From positions 928,001 through 992,000 of the forward strand of contig CAXXSL010000016.1 of NCBI GenBank assembly GCA_963675525.2: a DNA stretch of 64,000 bases, given 5' to 3'. The first letter of the stretch is position 1, and every line of letters starts with the position of its first letter. The position numbers and the translations under genes are program-made. The DNA comes from Anaerohalosphaeraceae bacterium (GTDB taxonomy: Bacteria > Planctomycetota > Phycisphaerae > Sedimentisphaerales > Anaerohalosphaeraceae). The notes under the pieces were generated by a model. The model saw only the letters and a list, made by a program, of their open reading frames with translations, did not search any database and was not told the DNA's origin. This document shows, one piece after another, positions 52,372 to 61,209 of this stretch.

Positions 52372-53046
52372 ATGAAAAGAATTGTATTATTTGGTGTGAT
52401 GTGTTTGTTGGGGATTGGGCTGACTGTTCAGGCAGGAGTCGTTAATGTGAATTTTCAGGCAGGTAGCGGTCCGGTAGAAGACAATGGGGGCGCTGCTTTT
52501 GGTGAAGGTGTGACGATGTACTGGAATGACTATGTAGATAGCCTGACGACAATTGAGAATTGTCTGGATTCGGACGGTGCGGCTACCAGTGTCGATATTA
52601 CGGATAATCATGATGGTCGTTATTGGGGTGCATTAGGATCTGAGTTGACTTACGGCTACGATATTATGGACAACTATCACCACAACAGTAACCATGGTTA
52701 CAAAGACATGATTATTGCCGGATTGACACCTGATAGTTCCTATGATCTGTATCTGTACGGTCATGGGGACCAGGAGAGCCAAAACACCATCTTTACGATT
52801 GATGGCGTTTCGAAGTCCAGCACGATTGATGTGGCGGGTTTGACGGAACTGACCGAGAATGCTCATTATGTGATTTTTACCGGCGTACTCGCAGACAGTT
52901 CAGGTCAAATTATAGTGAACTGGGGCGCTGAAACGTATGCTGCGATCAATGGACTGCAGATTATTGGTGAAATGCCTGTTCCTGAGCCGGCAACACTGGC
53001 TCTGCTGGGGCTGGGTGCTTTGATTTCTCTAAAGCGTCGAAAATAA
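52372..53046 (+). CDS. PEP-CTERM protein
   Basis: Signal peptide; VPEPATLALLGLGALISLKRRK. Confidence 0.92.
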   Translation: MKRIVLFGVMCLLGIGLTVQAGVVNVNFQAGSGPVEDNGGAAFGEGVTMYWNDYVDSLTTIENCLDSDGAATSVDITDNHDGRYWGALGSELTYGYDIMDNYHHNSNHGYKDMIIAGLTPDSSYDLYLYGHGDQESQNTIFTIDGVSKSSTIDVAGLTELTENAHYVIFTGVLADSSGQIIVNWGAETYAAINGLQIIGEMPVPEPATLALLGLGALISLKRRK

Positions 53047-53075
53047 AGTATAAAAAGCCCTTTGGATTATTTGAT

Positions 53076-53119
53076 ACTGAAAGCAAGCCTGCGGGGTTTT
53101 CCATGGGCTTGCTTTCAGT
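53076..53119 (+). terminator. Hairpin/terminator
   Basis: ACTGAAAGCAAGCC..GGCTTGCTTTCAGT. Confidence 0.6.
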
Positions 53120-53176
53120 GATAATTATTATTGTTTTAATTAAAATTGTTCGGAACCACTTAAATTGAAAGGAAGA

Positions 53177-54820
53177 ATGATGAGAAAAGCAGCTTTATTA
53201 TTAATGATAATATGTTGTATTGGTGCAGCATTTGCTGCTGTAGAATGGAACGTCGAATCAGGTGTCTGGTCCGACGGTGCGAACTGGAACACCGGGGTCA
53301 AGCCGGACGGCACGGCGGATATCGGTCTCCGGTTCAGCGACTCTTCGGTTTGTACAGTTGACACAAATGAAGGGCTGATCAATAACCGTATGACGGTGCA
53401 GAACGGACAGACGTTTAACATCGTAGACGGCGGCTATGTTGGGACAACATGGACCCGCTTTGGCAGGAACACAGCGGCTTATGTTAACCTGAGCGGCAAC
53501 GGTACGTATGTGATGTATGATGAAAATGCGCAAATCGGTGCTGATGCAGGCGGCTATTGTAAGTGGACGATGTCCGACACCAGCTCACTTCTTACTAATT
53601 CCGGTACTAAAGGTATCGTGGGTCTCGGGGAAAAGAGCGCCGAAGGATGGTTTAAACTTGTCGGTTCCAGCGTTACCGTTAACGTAAATCAAATCAGTAT
53701 TACCAGCTACCAAGGCGTCAACACAGCCACCTTGGAGTATGTCATGGATACAGGCGGGGCAAGTACAATTATGACCGGCTCTGTCGACATCGCCGGTTTT
53801 GGTAATGCCTATCTGGAGCTTAGCGCTACGGCAACGCTTGCTGAGCAGGACATTGTGCTCATTCAAAACTCCGGCGCGAATCCTGTTGCGGGAGCCGGTG
53901 CATTTACAGCCATGAACGGCGGCCCGGCAACTGAAGGTTCAAAAATTGTACTGGGCGGTAACATTTACACCCTGACCTATCAGTACGCCGCCGATGTAGA
54001 CAGCAACAACAATGACATAGCGTTGGTCTTTGAAAGCACAGCCAAGCATTTGGCAGGCAGCCCCAGTCCTGCGGATAATAGTACGCAAATTGCGTCTCCG
54101 ACAACCCTGAGCTGGACCAACCCGGACCCGAATGACGGCGTCAGCGATATTACCTGCACGGTCTACCTGGGTATTGCGCCTGCGGATCCAAACCGCGTGG
54201 GAATGGACAGTGTAACCTTGGCTGCAAATGTTTCAACCGTTGATATCAATGCGACCAATTTCCCGACCTATGGTGCCCAGCCGCTTGACGACCCCAATCA
54301 GTTCTACTGGGTTGTTGATTGTGTGGATGCCAGTGCTGGTGTTGCTCCGGCCGAGGGAAAAGCACCGGTGTCCTGGACGTTTTTGACCAATTACAATGTT
54401 CCGCCGGTTGTCAATGCCGGTACCGATCAAGTTCTTTACGGCGACGGGGTAAATTATCCTACTGTGAACTTAGACGGAACTGCATCCGATACGGATGGTC
54501 CCGATCCTCTCTCGGTCCTGTGGACATTGACTGGCGGACCTGACAGCGCCGTTATTAACACACCCAGCGCGCAAGACACCACCGTAACGGTCACCGAGTC
54601 CGGCGTTTATGAGTTTACGCTGACCGGTGATGATGGTGCAGCCCAGGTCTCCGACGCGGTTCAGGTCATTGTGGGAATCGATTCCTGTGAGGCTTCAGTC
54701 CTTAACGGTTCCTATTACAATTCAAAAGACTTTGATCAGGACTGTGATGTTGACCTCGTAGACTTCGCAGATTTTGCTGCAGACTGGATGGCATGCACAA
54801 ATACGCTGGAAGGCTGTTAA
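53177..54820 (+). CDS. Secreted multidomain protein (beta-rich domain, PKD-like, dockerin-like tail)
   Basis: Signal peptide; PPVVNAGTDQ..GVYEFTLT; DFDQDCDVDLVDFADFAADW. Confidence 0.75.
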   Translation: MMRKAALLLMIICCIGAAFAAVEWNVESGVWSDGANWNTGVKPDGTADIGLRFSDSSVCTVDTNEGLINNRMTVQNGQTFNIVDGGYVGTTWTRFGRNTAAYVNLSGNGTYVMYDENAQIGADAGGYCKWTMSDTSSLLTNSGTKGIVGLGEKSAEGWFKLVGSSVTVNVNQISITSYQGVNTATLEYVMDTGGASTIMTGSVDIAGFGNAYLELSATATLAEQDIVLIQNSGANPVAGAGAFTAMNGGPATEGSKIVLGGNIYTLTYQYAADVDSNNNDIALVFESTAKHLAGSPSPADNSTQIASPTTLSWTNPDPNDGVSDITCTVYLGIAPADPNRVGMDSVTLAANVSTVDINATNFPTYGAQPLDDPNQFYWVVDCVDASAGVAPAEGKAPVSWTFLTNYNVPPVVNAGTDQVLYGDGVNYPTVNLDGTASDTDGPDPLSVLWTLTGGPDSAVINTPSAQDTTVTVTESGVYEFTLTGDDGAAQVSDAVQVIVGIDSCEASVLNGSYYNSKDFDQDCDVDLVDFADFAADWMACTNTLEGC

Positions 54821-54896
54821 TGAATGCGAAGTTCTATTGGTATATTTTGTTTTGAGATGATATCTCTTCTCTGAAAAATTTTACATCTCGTCACCT

Positions 54897-54940
54897 TCTT
54901 ATTGGCTAACCGGCGATTAAGCCGGTTAGCCATAAGAGGA
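54897..54940 (+). terminator. Hairpin/terminator
   Basis: TGGCTAACCGGC..GCCGGTTAGCCA. Confidence 0.55.
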
Positions 54941-55236
54941 ATATAAGGGTAAATGCAACGATAATGCTGCTGTCATTTTAAATCTCCTCATTTGTCTTTT
55001 TGGTGATTGAGCGGTCGGGTGCCGGTTAATCACCAAAAGGCTTTTGAATTATACGGCATGAAAACAAAATTAGAGAACGGATGTACCAGCCTGCACTAAT
55101 ACAGGAATCTACATTTTGGGAAGGATGATGAGTAAGATAAAACATATTTTCGTATGAGATAGATTTTTTTTTAACTGTGAAATAGTTTAAATGAGAAGGC
55201 GGAAATGTGAAACGTATTATTGTAAGGTACGGAAAA

Positions 55237-56088
55237 ATGAACAAGACAACTGAATATCTGAAAAAGCCGAAAGGGTTCACTTTAGTTGAATTGCTGGTCG
55301 TTATTGCGATCATCGCATTATTGTTAGCGGTTATTATGCCATCACTGGGCAAAGCCAAAAGTTACGCGCTGGAGGTTGTCTGCAAAAGCAACTTGCATCA
55401 ATATCAGATTGCCACTGAGGTCTATACTAATGAAAACAAAGACTGGATGCCGGACCCATGGGAAAGTTTGTACGCTAAAATACAGTTTTCCGGTGAAAGC
55501 CAGCGTTACTGCCGCTGGCATAACCCTGATTACAACCTGGACACTTATGCCGACAAGCAGGATAACAGTGGGACTCGGTATGCCGGTCCTTATTGGCCTT
55601 ATCTGGCATCCACCAAAGCCAGTATTTGTCCGATTTTTGCCAAATTGGCAACCAAATATGGCGTGTACCATATGGAGGGAAACGGCAGCTATACTGCCAG
55701 TGATTGCATCGGAGGACCGTTTGTGCCGCAATTTAGTTACAGCATGAACACTATTTTTTATAAGCAAGTCAATAGTCAATTCGTTCCGGTTAGAAAGACC
55801 CAGGTACGTAGCCCTTCTCAAACGTTTCTGTGGGCGGAAGAAAACATGTGGCCATTAAGCGGCTTAAGTGGGTATGTCCTCAATGACAATGCGTTACTTG
55901 TCGATGGCAGCAATATTAGGGACTGTTTTGCCAGTTACCATAAGATATCTTTGGGGAAACTGGGGATTCAGCAAAGTACTCACGAGTACGAATCGGGGAC
56001 GGGTGTTGCAAACGTCTTAATGGTAGATGGGTCTTTGACGTGGGCAACTCCGGAAGACAGCAGCCGGTATGAAGGCAGTGTCCGTTGA
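55237..56088 (+). CDS. Prepilin-type N-methylation protein (DUF1559-like)
   Basis: KGFTLVELLVVIAIIALL, CKSNLHQ, ANVLMVDG. Confidence 0.88.
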   Translation: MNKTTEYLKKPKGFTLVELLVVIAIIALLLAVIMPSLGKAKSYALEVVCKSNLHQYQIATEVYTNENKDWMPDPWESLYAKIQFSGESQRYCRWHNPDYNLDTYADKQDNSGTRYAGPYWPYLASTKASICPIFAKLATKYGVYHMEGNGSYTASDCIGGPFVPQFSYSMNTIFYKQVNSQFVPVRKTQVRSPSQTFLWAEENMWPLSGLSGYVLNDNALLVDGSNIRDCFASYHKISLGKLGIQQSTHEYESGTGVANVLMVDGSLTWATPEDSSRYEGSVR

Positions 56089-56152
56089 CGTGTTTTTAAC
56101 TTATAACAGGATTTCAGGCAAAGATGCAAGTTAAAAAGCAAGGTTCTAAATT

Positions 56153-58975
56153 ATGCAACACAAACATTTATTACAATTAATAGCTGCAGTTTCTGTTTTC
56201 TGCGGTTCTATCAGTGCTGCCACTGTGATCACGGTTGATTCTGACGGGCCCGCCGATTACACCACTGTACAGGCGGCTGTCGATTCTATCCCATCCCCAA
56301 ACAATACACCGGTGGAAATCCACATCGCCCCTGGCACTTACAATGAAATTGTCCGGGTGTCCAACCAGAAGTCCTTTGTTAGTTTTATTGGCACTGACCC
56401 GGCTACTACGAAAATTACATATTCTATCGATTCCGGAAGTGATCCGAATTACCAGACAGTATATTTTGGAGGACAGGACTTCTCCATCGAAGGTGTCAGT
56501 ATTGAAAACTCCTGGCCCACCGGTGGTTGGAGTATTGCTTTCGTTTCGGATGGTCAGCGCGGACAATTTAAAAATGTCTGGTTTCTTGGCAACCAGGATA
56601 CATTGAAGCTCAATAGCGGCCCGTTTTATTTCAGGGATTGCCGCATCGAAGGCACCGTCGATTTTATCTGGGCTGCTGGTGCGATGATGGCCTGGTTTGA
56701 AAACAGTGAGATCTATAGCCGCGGAGGGGGTTACATTGCCTGCCAGGCCAGCGATCTTTCGGTTCCTTACGGCCTGGTTTTTAATAACTGTCAGTTAACC
56801 CGGAATCCATCAATTAGCGATGGCTCGGTTTATTTGGCCCGACCTTGGCATGATTATGGTTCCGTAACCTACCTTAACTGCTGGATGGATTCCCATATTA
56901 ATTCTGCAGGATGGGAGACATATGGCAATCTGACAGTTCGCTATAATGAATATAACAACTCCGGACCCGGCGGCGATATGACGAATCGCTTAGTGGCAAC
57001 AGGGGTAAAGATCCTCACCGCGCAGGAGGCCGCCGCGATCACCCTGCGGAGCGTCGTGGGTACATGGTCACCAACGTATGCTGATGAACTTTGGGCTAAC
57101 GGCACAACCGATTCATGGCAGGCTATTAACATTAATGGCAATGCGGGCAATCCTCCCGCCGGTTCAGCCAGTGAAGGTGTCTTGGGGGATGGCTGTTCCG
57201 GGACAGCGCTCTGGAATAACCGCAATGGTGCCGGAACTTTGACCTATCTTTGTGATGCGCAGGGTAACATTACCCCGGTATCCTTGGTTATCCCTACAAA
57301 TCAGAATATAGGAGCTTTTGACGGCGGTGGGACTGCCGTGCAGTGCCCAGGCGGTTGCGGTACAGTCATCATGCAGGAGTACCTGACCAACGGCAACAGC
57401 GGCATGAAAGATACCTGGATCACCGGCCTGAAAGCCGGCTCCCTCTATGACCTTTACCTCTATGGTCATGGCGACCAAGAGAGTCAAAACACGATATTCA
57501 CAATCAATGGGGTCACAAAATCCAGTTCAATTCCTGTGACCGGCCTGACGGCTTTGACCGAAGATGCTCACTATGTTGTGTTCCGTAATATCGTTTCTGA
57601 CGCCAGCGGAGAGATTCCAATTCAATGGGGTGCCAACAGCGGCTGGGCGGGATTGAACGGTCTGCAGATCGTGCAGAATATTATTTCGACGCCGACAGAT
57701 CTGACGGCTACGACGTGGGATACGACGGTCCTGCTGGACTGGGCCGATAATCCCGAGCCGACCTTGTCAAGTTACAATGTCAAACGTGCTACAACCAACG
57801 GAGGGCCTTATTTGACGATCGCATCGGGCCTGACAGACAGCACCTATACCGACACTGCCGTCATCAACGGCACGACCTATTACTATGTCGTCTCGGCAGT
57901 GGATACCAGTGCCAATGAGTCGGCCAACAGCAGTCAGGTCTCCGGCACGCCTCATACCATTGAGGCTCCGACAGGTCTGATAGCCACAGCGGGTAAAGAT
58001 ACAGTCCTGCTGGAGTGGGATGATAACGCCGAACCGACCTGGTCAAGTTACAATGTCAAGCGAGCAACCGTATCCGGCGGTCCCCATACGACGATCGCGT
58101 CAGGTCTGGCTGACAGCACCTATACTGATAATACTGTCACCAACGGGACAACGTATTTCTATGTTGTCTCAGCAGTGGATACCAGCGCCAATGAGTCGGG
58201 CAACAGCAGCCAGGTATCGGCCACACCCATGAATACTACGCCTCCGCAGGTGCTGGAAGTTGTCAATGTGAACTTCCAACGAGATTCCGGTCCTACAGAA
58301 ACCGCGGGGGGCGCTGCTTTTGGCCCCGATGTGACACTGACCTGGAACAACTATACTCGGAGCATGACCACGATTTCCAATTGCCTGGATTCAACCGGTG
58401 CGGCTACCACCATCAGTATCACGGATAACCATACCGACGGTTATTACACCTCTGTCTGGCTCCTTGCTTACGGTGCGAATATCATGAACAACTATCATTA
58501 CAACAGCGCTCAAGGCAGTAAAGTAATGACGATCGCCGGGCTTACGGCCGATGGCCTGTATGACCTGTACATTTACGGTCACGGTGACAATGAGAGCCAG
58601 AATACTGTATTTACGATAGGCTCAGTTTCAAAGGCCACCGATGTGCACGACGCGTTGACGGGCTCGTACGCCACGGCATTGACCGAAGGGGCTCATTACG
58701 TGTTTTTCCCCGGCGTTCAGGCAGATCCAAGTGGTCAGATTGTGGTAACGTGGGGACCTGCCTCCGGTTCTGGATACGCTGCTATCAATGGGTTGCAGAT
58801 TGTACATAGACTGTATGGCGATATCGATAGAGATAACAGTATCGATCTGTCGGATTTGGACATGTTCCTTAATTACTGGCTTTCCGACTTCGCTTCTCTG
58901 GATTTGAATGGAGACGGTGCAATTACGCTTTATGAATTCAGCCTGTTTGCTCAGAATTGGCTGGTAACATACTGA
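56153..58975 (+). CDS. Pectin methylesterase (CE8) multidomain protein
   Basis: YTTVQAAVD, GNQDTL, IEGTVDFIW, YLARPW; two FN3 repeats, two shared modules, dockerin-like tail. Confidence 0.87.
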   Translation: MQHKHLLQLIAAVSVFCGSISAATVITVDSDGPADYTTVQAAVDSIPSPNNTPVEIHIAPGTYNEIVRVSNQKSFVSFIGTDPATTKITYSIDSGSDPNYQTVYFGGQDFSIEGVSIENSWPTGGWSIAFVSDGQRGQFKNVWFLGNQDTLKLNSGPFYFRDCRIEGTVDFIWAAGAMMAWFENSEIYSRGGGYIACQASDLSVPYGLVFNNCQLTRNPSISDGSVYLARPWHDYGSVTYLNCWMDSHINSAGWETYGNLTVRYNEYNNSGPGGDMTNRLVATGVKILTAQEAAAITLRSVVGTWSPTYADELWANGTTDSWQAININGNAGNPPAGSASEGVLGDGCSGTALWNNRNGAGTLTYLCDAQGNITPVSLVIPTNQNIGAFDGGGTAVQCPGGCGTVIMQEYLTNGNSGMKDTWITGLKAGSLYDLYLYGHGDQESQNTIFTINGVTKSSSIPVTGLTALTEDAHYVVFRNIVSDASGEIPIQWGANSGWAGLNGLQIVQNIISTPTDLTATTWDTTVLLDWADNPEPTLSSYNVKRATTNGGPYLTIASGLTDSTYTDTAVINGTTYYYVVSAVDTSANESANSSQVSGTPHTIEAPTGLIATAGKDTVLLEWDDNAEPTWSSYNVKRATVSGGPHTTIASGLADSTYTDNTVTNGTTYFYVVSAVDTSANESGNSSQVSATPMNTTPPQVLEVVNVNFQRDSGPTETAGGAAFGPDVTLTWNNYTRSMTTISNCLDSTGAATTISITDNHTDGYYTSVWLLAYGANIMNNYHYNSAQGSKVMTIAGLTADGLYDLYIYGHGDNESQNTVFTIGSVSKATDVHDALTGSYATALTEGAHYVFFPGVQADPSGQIVVTWGPASGSGYAAINGLQIVHRLYGDIDRDNSIDLSDLDMFLNYWLSDFASLDLNGDGAITLYEFSLFAQNWLVTY

Positions 58976-59093
58976 TCGGTTCAGGAGATGATTCGATTGT
59001 GAGAGATTCTTGTTTGAAAGCCGGTAAACGAGGGAATTTGTAATTCGGGAAGGATTTTTTGAGAACAGAAAAAATATTTTTAGAGGTTAAGTA

Positions 59094-61064
59094 ATGAGAA
59101 AAGCATTGTTATATTTCGTATGTTTATTGTTGGTTGGAACTGTCGCCCAAGCGTGGAATGTAGTCAATGTAAACTTCCAAAAAGATACCTTGATTCAAGA
59201 AACCAAGGGGGGAGCTGCGTTCGGTTCCGGTGTAACGATGACCTGGAACAACTATTACAGAGGGACAACATCCTTGATCAATGTTCGTGATTCGCTGAAT
59301 AATGTTACTACGGTCGATATCACTGCGAATCAGCCAAACGCTTGGGACACTGGATTCTTCAATGGCCTGACATATGGTGCGAATATAATGAACGGGTATG
59401 TTCATAATAATAACACCGGCTTTTACAACATGATTATCGCCGGGCTTACACCCAATGCTTCCTATGACCTGTACCTGTACGGCCATGGTGATAACGAGGC
59501 TCAAAACACCACATTTACAATTAGCGGGGTTTCAAAGACCAGCACGATTGGTGTGTCTGGTTTGACGGAACTGACCGAAAATGCCCACTATGTGGTATTT
59601 AGAGGTGTTCCTGCAGACACAAGCGGTCAAATTACGGTAAACTGGGGTAACGCCGGTAATTATGGAGCCGTCAACGGATTGCAGATTGTCCGATCAGCCC
59701 TGAATACGAAGGCAACAACTCCGAATCCTTACAATAATGAGTATATTGTCGATAGCCCGACAGCTTTAAGCTGGACGAATCCATTACCGCTTGATGGTTC
59801 AAGTTCAATCACCTGCACAGTCTATTTGGGAACCAATTCAAACCGTGCGAATATGGATAGTGTGACCCTGTCCCCCGATGTTTCGACAGTCCAGATCAAC
59901 ACGACCAATTTTCTGAACTTTGGCTCACTGCAGCGGGGGATTGACTACTACTGGATTGTGGATTGTGTGGATGCAACACCGTGGGCCGATCCGACAGATG
60001 GGCAGGGTGATACGTGGATGTTCCATAACTATTTGCCCGATCAGGATGGATTTGGCGGTCAGGCCACAGGTGGGGCGGGCGGAGCGATGGTGACTGTCAG
60101 CACAGAAGCTGATTTCCTGGATTATGCTACCCGGTCGGATCCCTATATTGTTCGTGTTTCCGGTACGATTGATTTGGGCGATTTCGGGCGTGTCTGGGTG
60201 ACGTCCAATAAAACAATTGAAGGTGTCGATCATAACGCTACGATCATGGGGAACATTCATATCCATACCGGTGTTACGAATGTGATTGTTCGAAATCTCA
60301 ATATTACAAATCGCAGTTATGACCCTGATGCTGATGAAGGTGATGATGGTATTACAGTGTGGGGGGCGAGCAATGTTTTTATCACGCATTGTAATATTTA
60401 TGACTGCTCTGATGGTTCCCTTGATATCACTCAAAACGCTGAAAATGTGACCGTGTCCTGGTGCAGGTTCAGCTATCCAAATCCTTCGGTTCCAAGCCAT
60501 TGTTTTGTCAGTATTGGCAGTGATGCACATATTACGTTCCACCATAACTGGTATGATATCGGTTGCGACCAACGGATGCCAGCTTCCTCAAACGGTTTTG
60601 TGCACATGTATAACAACTATTTCAGTTGTACCGGGAACTATTATTGCTCTAACGCCCGTGACAATGAACAGATCCTCAGTGAATATAATTACTATGACCA
60701 TGTGAATAGTCCGATTGGTATATCGGACGGGACGAATGGTTTAATCCGGACTGTCGGCAACATCTATGATACCTGTACCGGGACGATTCACCTCGGCACG
60801 GACAATGTATTTACGCCGACTTATGCATATACTACCGATGCTGTTGCAGATGTGCCAGAGATTGTCATTACCGGAGCCGGAACAATTCTTTATGGTGATA
60901 TGACGGGGGACGAAATAGTCGATGGGGACGATCTTGCCATCTTCTGCGGGCTCTGGCTGGATGACAGCAATTCGCTTGCGCCTTACCTGGATTTGAACAG
61001 TGACGGACAGGTGAGCCTCTATGAGTTTGCGGAATTTGCGAAAAATTGGCTATTGATATACTAA
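59094..61064 (+). CDS. Pectate lyase (PL1) multidomain protein
   Basis: GFGGQATGGAGG, SNKTIEG, NVIVRNL, DGSLD, TFHHNW, RMP, HMYNNY. Confidence 0.87.
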   Translation: MRKALLYFVCLLLVGTVAQAWNVVNVNFQKDTLIQETKGGAAFGSGVTMTWNNYYRGTTSLINVRDSLNNVTTVDITANQPNAWDTGFFNGLTYGANIMNGYVHNNNTGFYNMIIAGLTPNASYDLYLYGHGDNEAQNTTFTISGVSKTSTIGVSGLTELTENAHYVVFRGVPADTSGQITVNWGNAGNYGAVNGLQIVRSALNTKATTPNPYNNEYIVDSPTALSWTNPLPLDGSSSITCTVYLGTNSNRANMDSVTLSPDVSTVQINTTNFLNFGSLQRGIDYYWIVDCVDATPWADPTDGQGDTWMFHNYLPDQDGFGGQATGGAGGAMVTVSTEADFLDYATRSDPYIVRVSGTIDLGDFGRVWVTSNKTIEGVDHNATIMGNIHIHTGVTNVIVRNLNITNRSYDPDADEGDDGITVWGASNVFITHCNIYDCSDGSLDITQNAENVTVSWCRFSYPNPSVPSHCFVSIGSDAHITFHHNWYDIGCDQRMPASSNGFVHMYNNYFSCTGNYYCSNARDNEQILSEYNYYDHVNSPIGISDGTNGLIRTVGNIYDTCTGTIHLGTDNVFTPTYAYTTDAVADVPEIVITGAGTILYGDMTGDEIVDGDDLAIFCGLWLDDSNSLAPYLDLNSDGQVSLYEFAEFAKNWLLIY

Positions 61065-61209
61065 CAGCTCAAGGCACATAATTGAGTCGAAAAACATGAC
61101 GGGAATAGGGTATGAAATATTTATTCCCGTACTGTAAAAAAACTCATCCTAACTTTAATATCTTCCCAGATAGTGAGTTTTAGATAACTGAATTAAAGAG
61201 AATATAAAC

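Noticed and set aside
57685..58228. Direct repeat of about 275 bp
   Set aside because: Tandem FN3 domains in frame; the differences are not adenine-specific.
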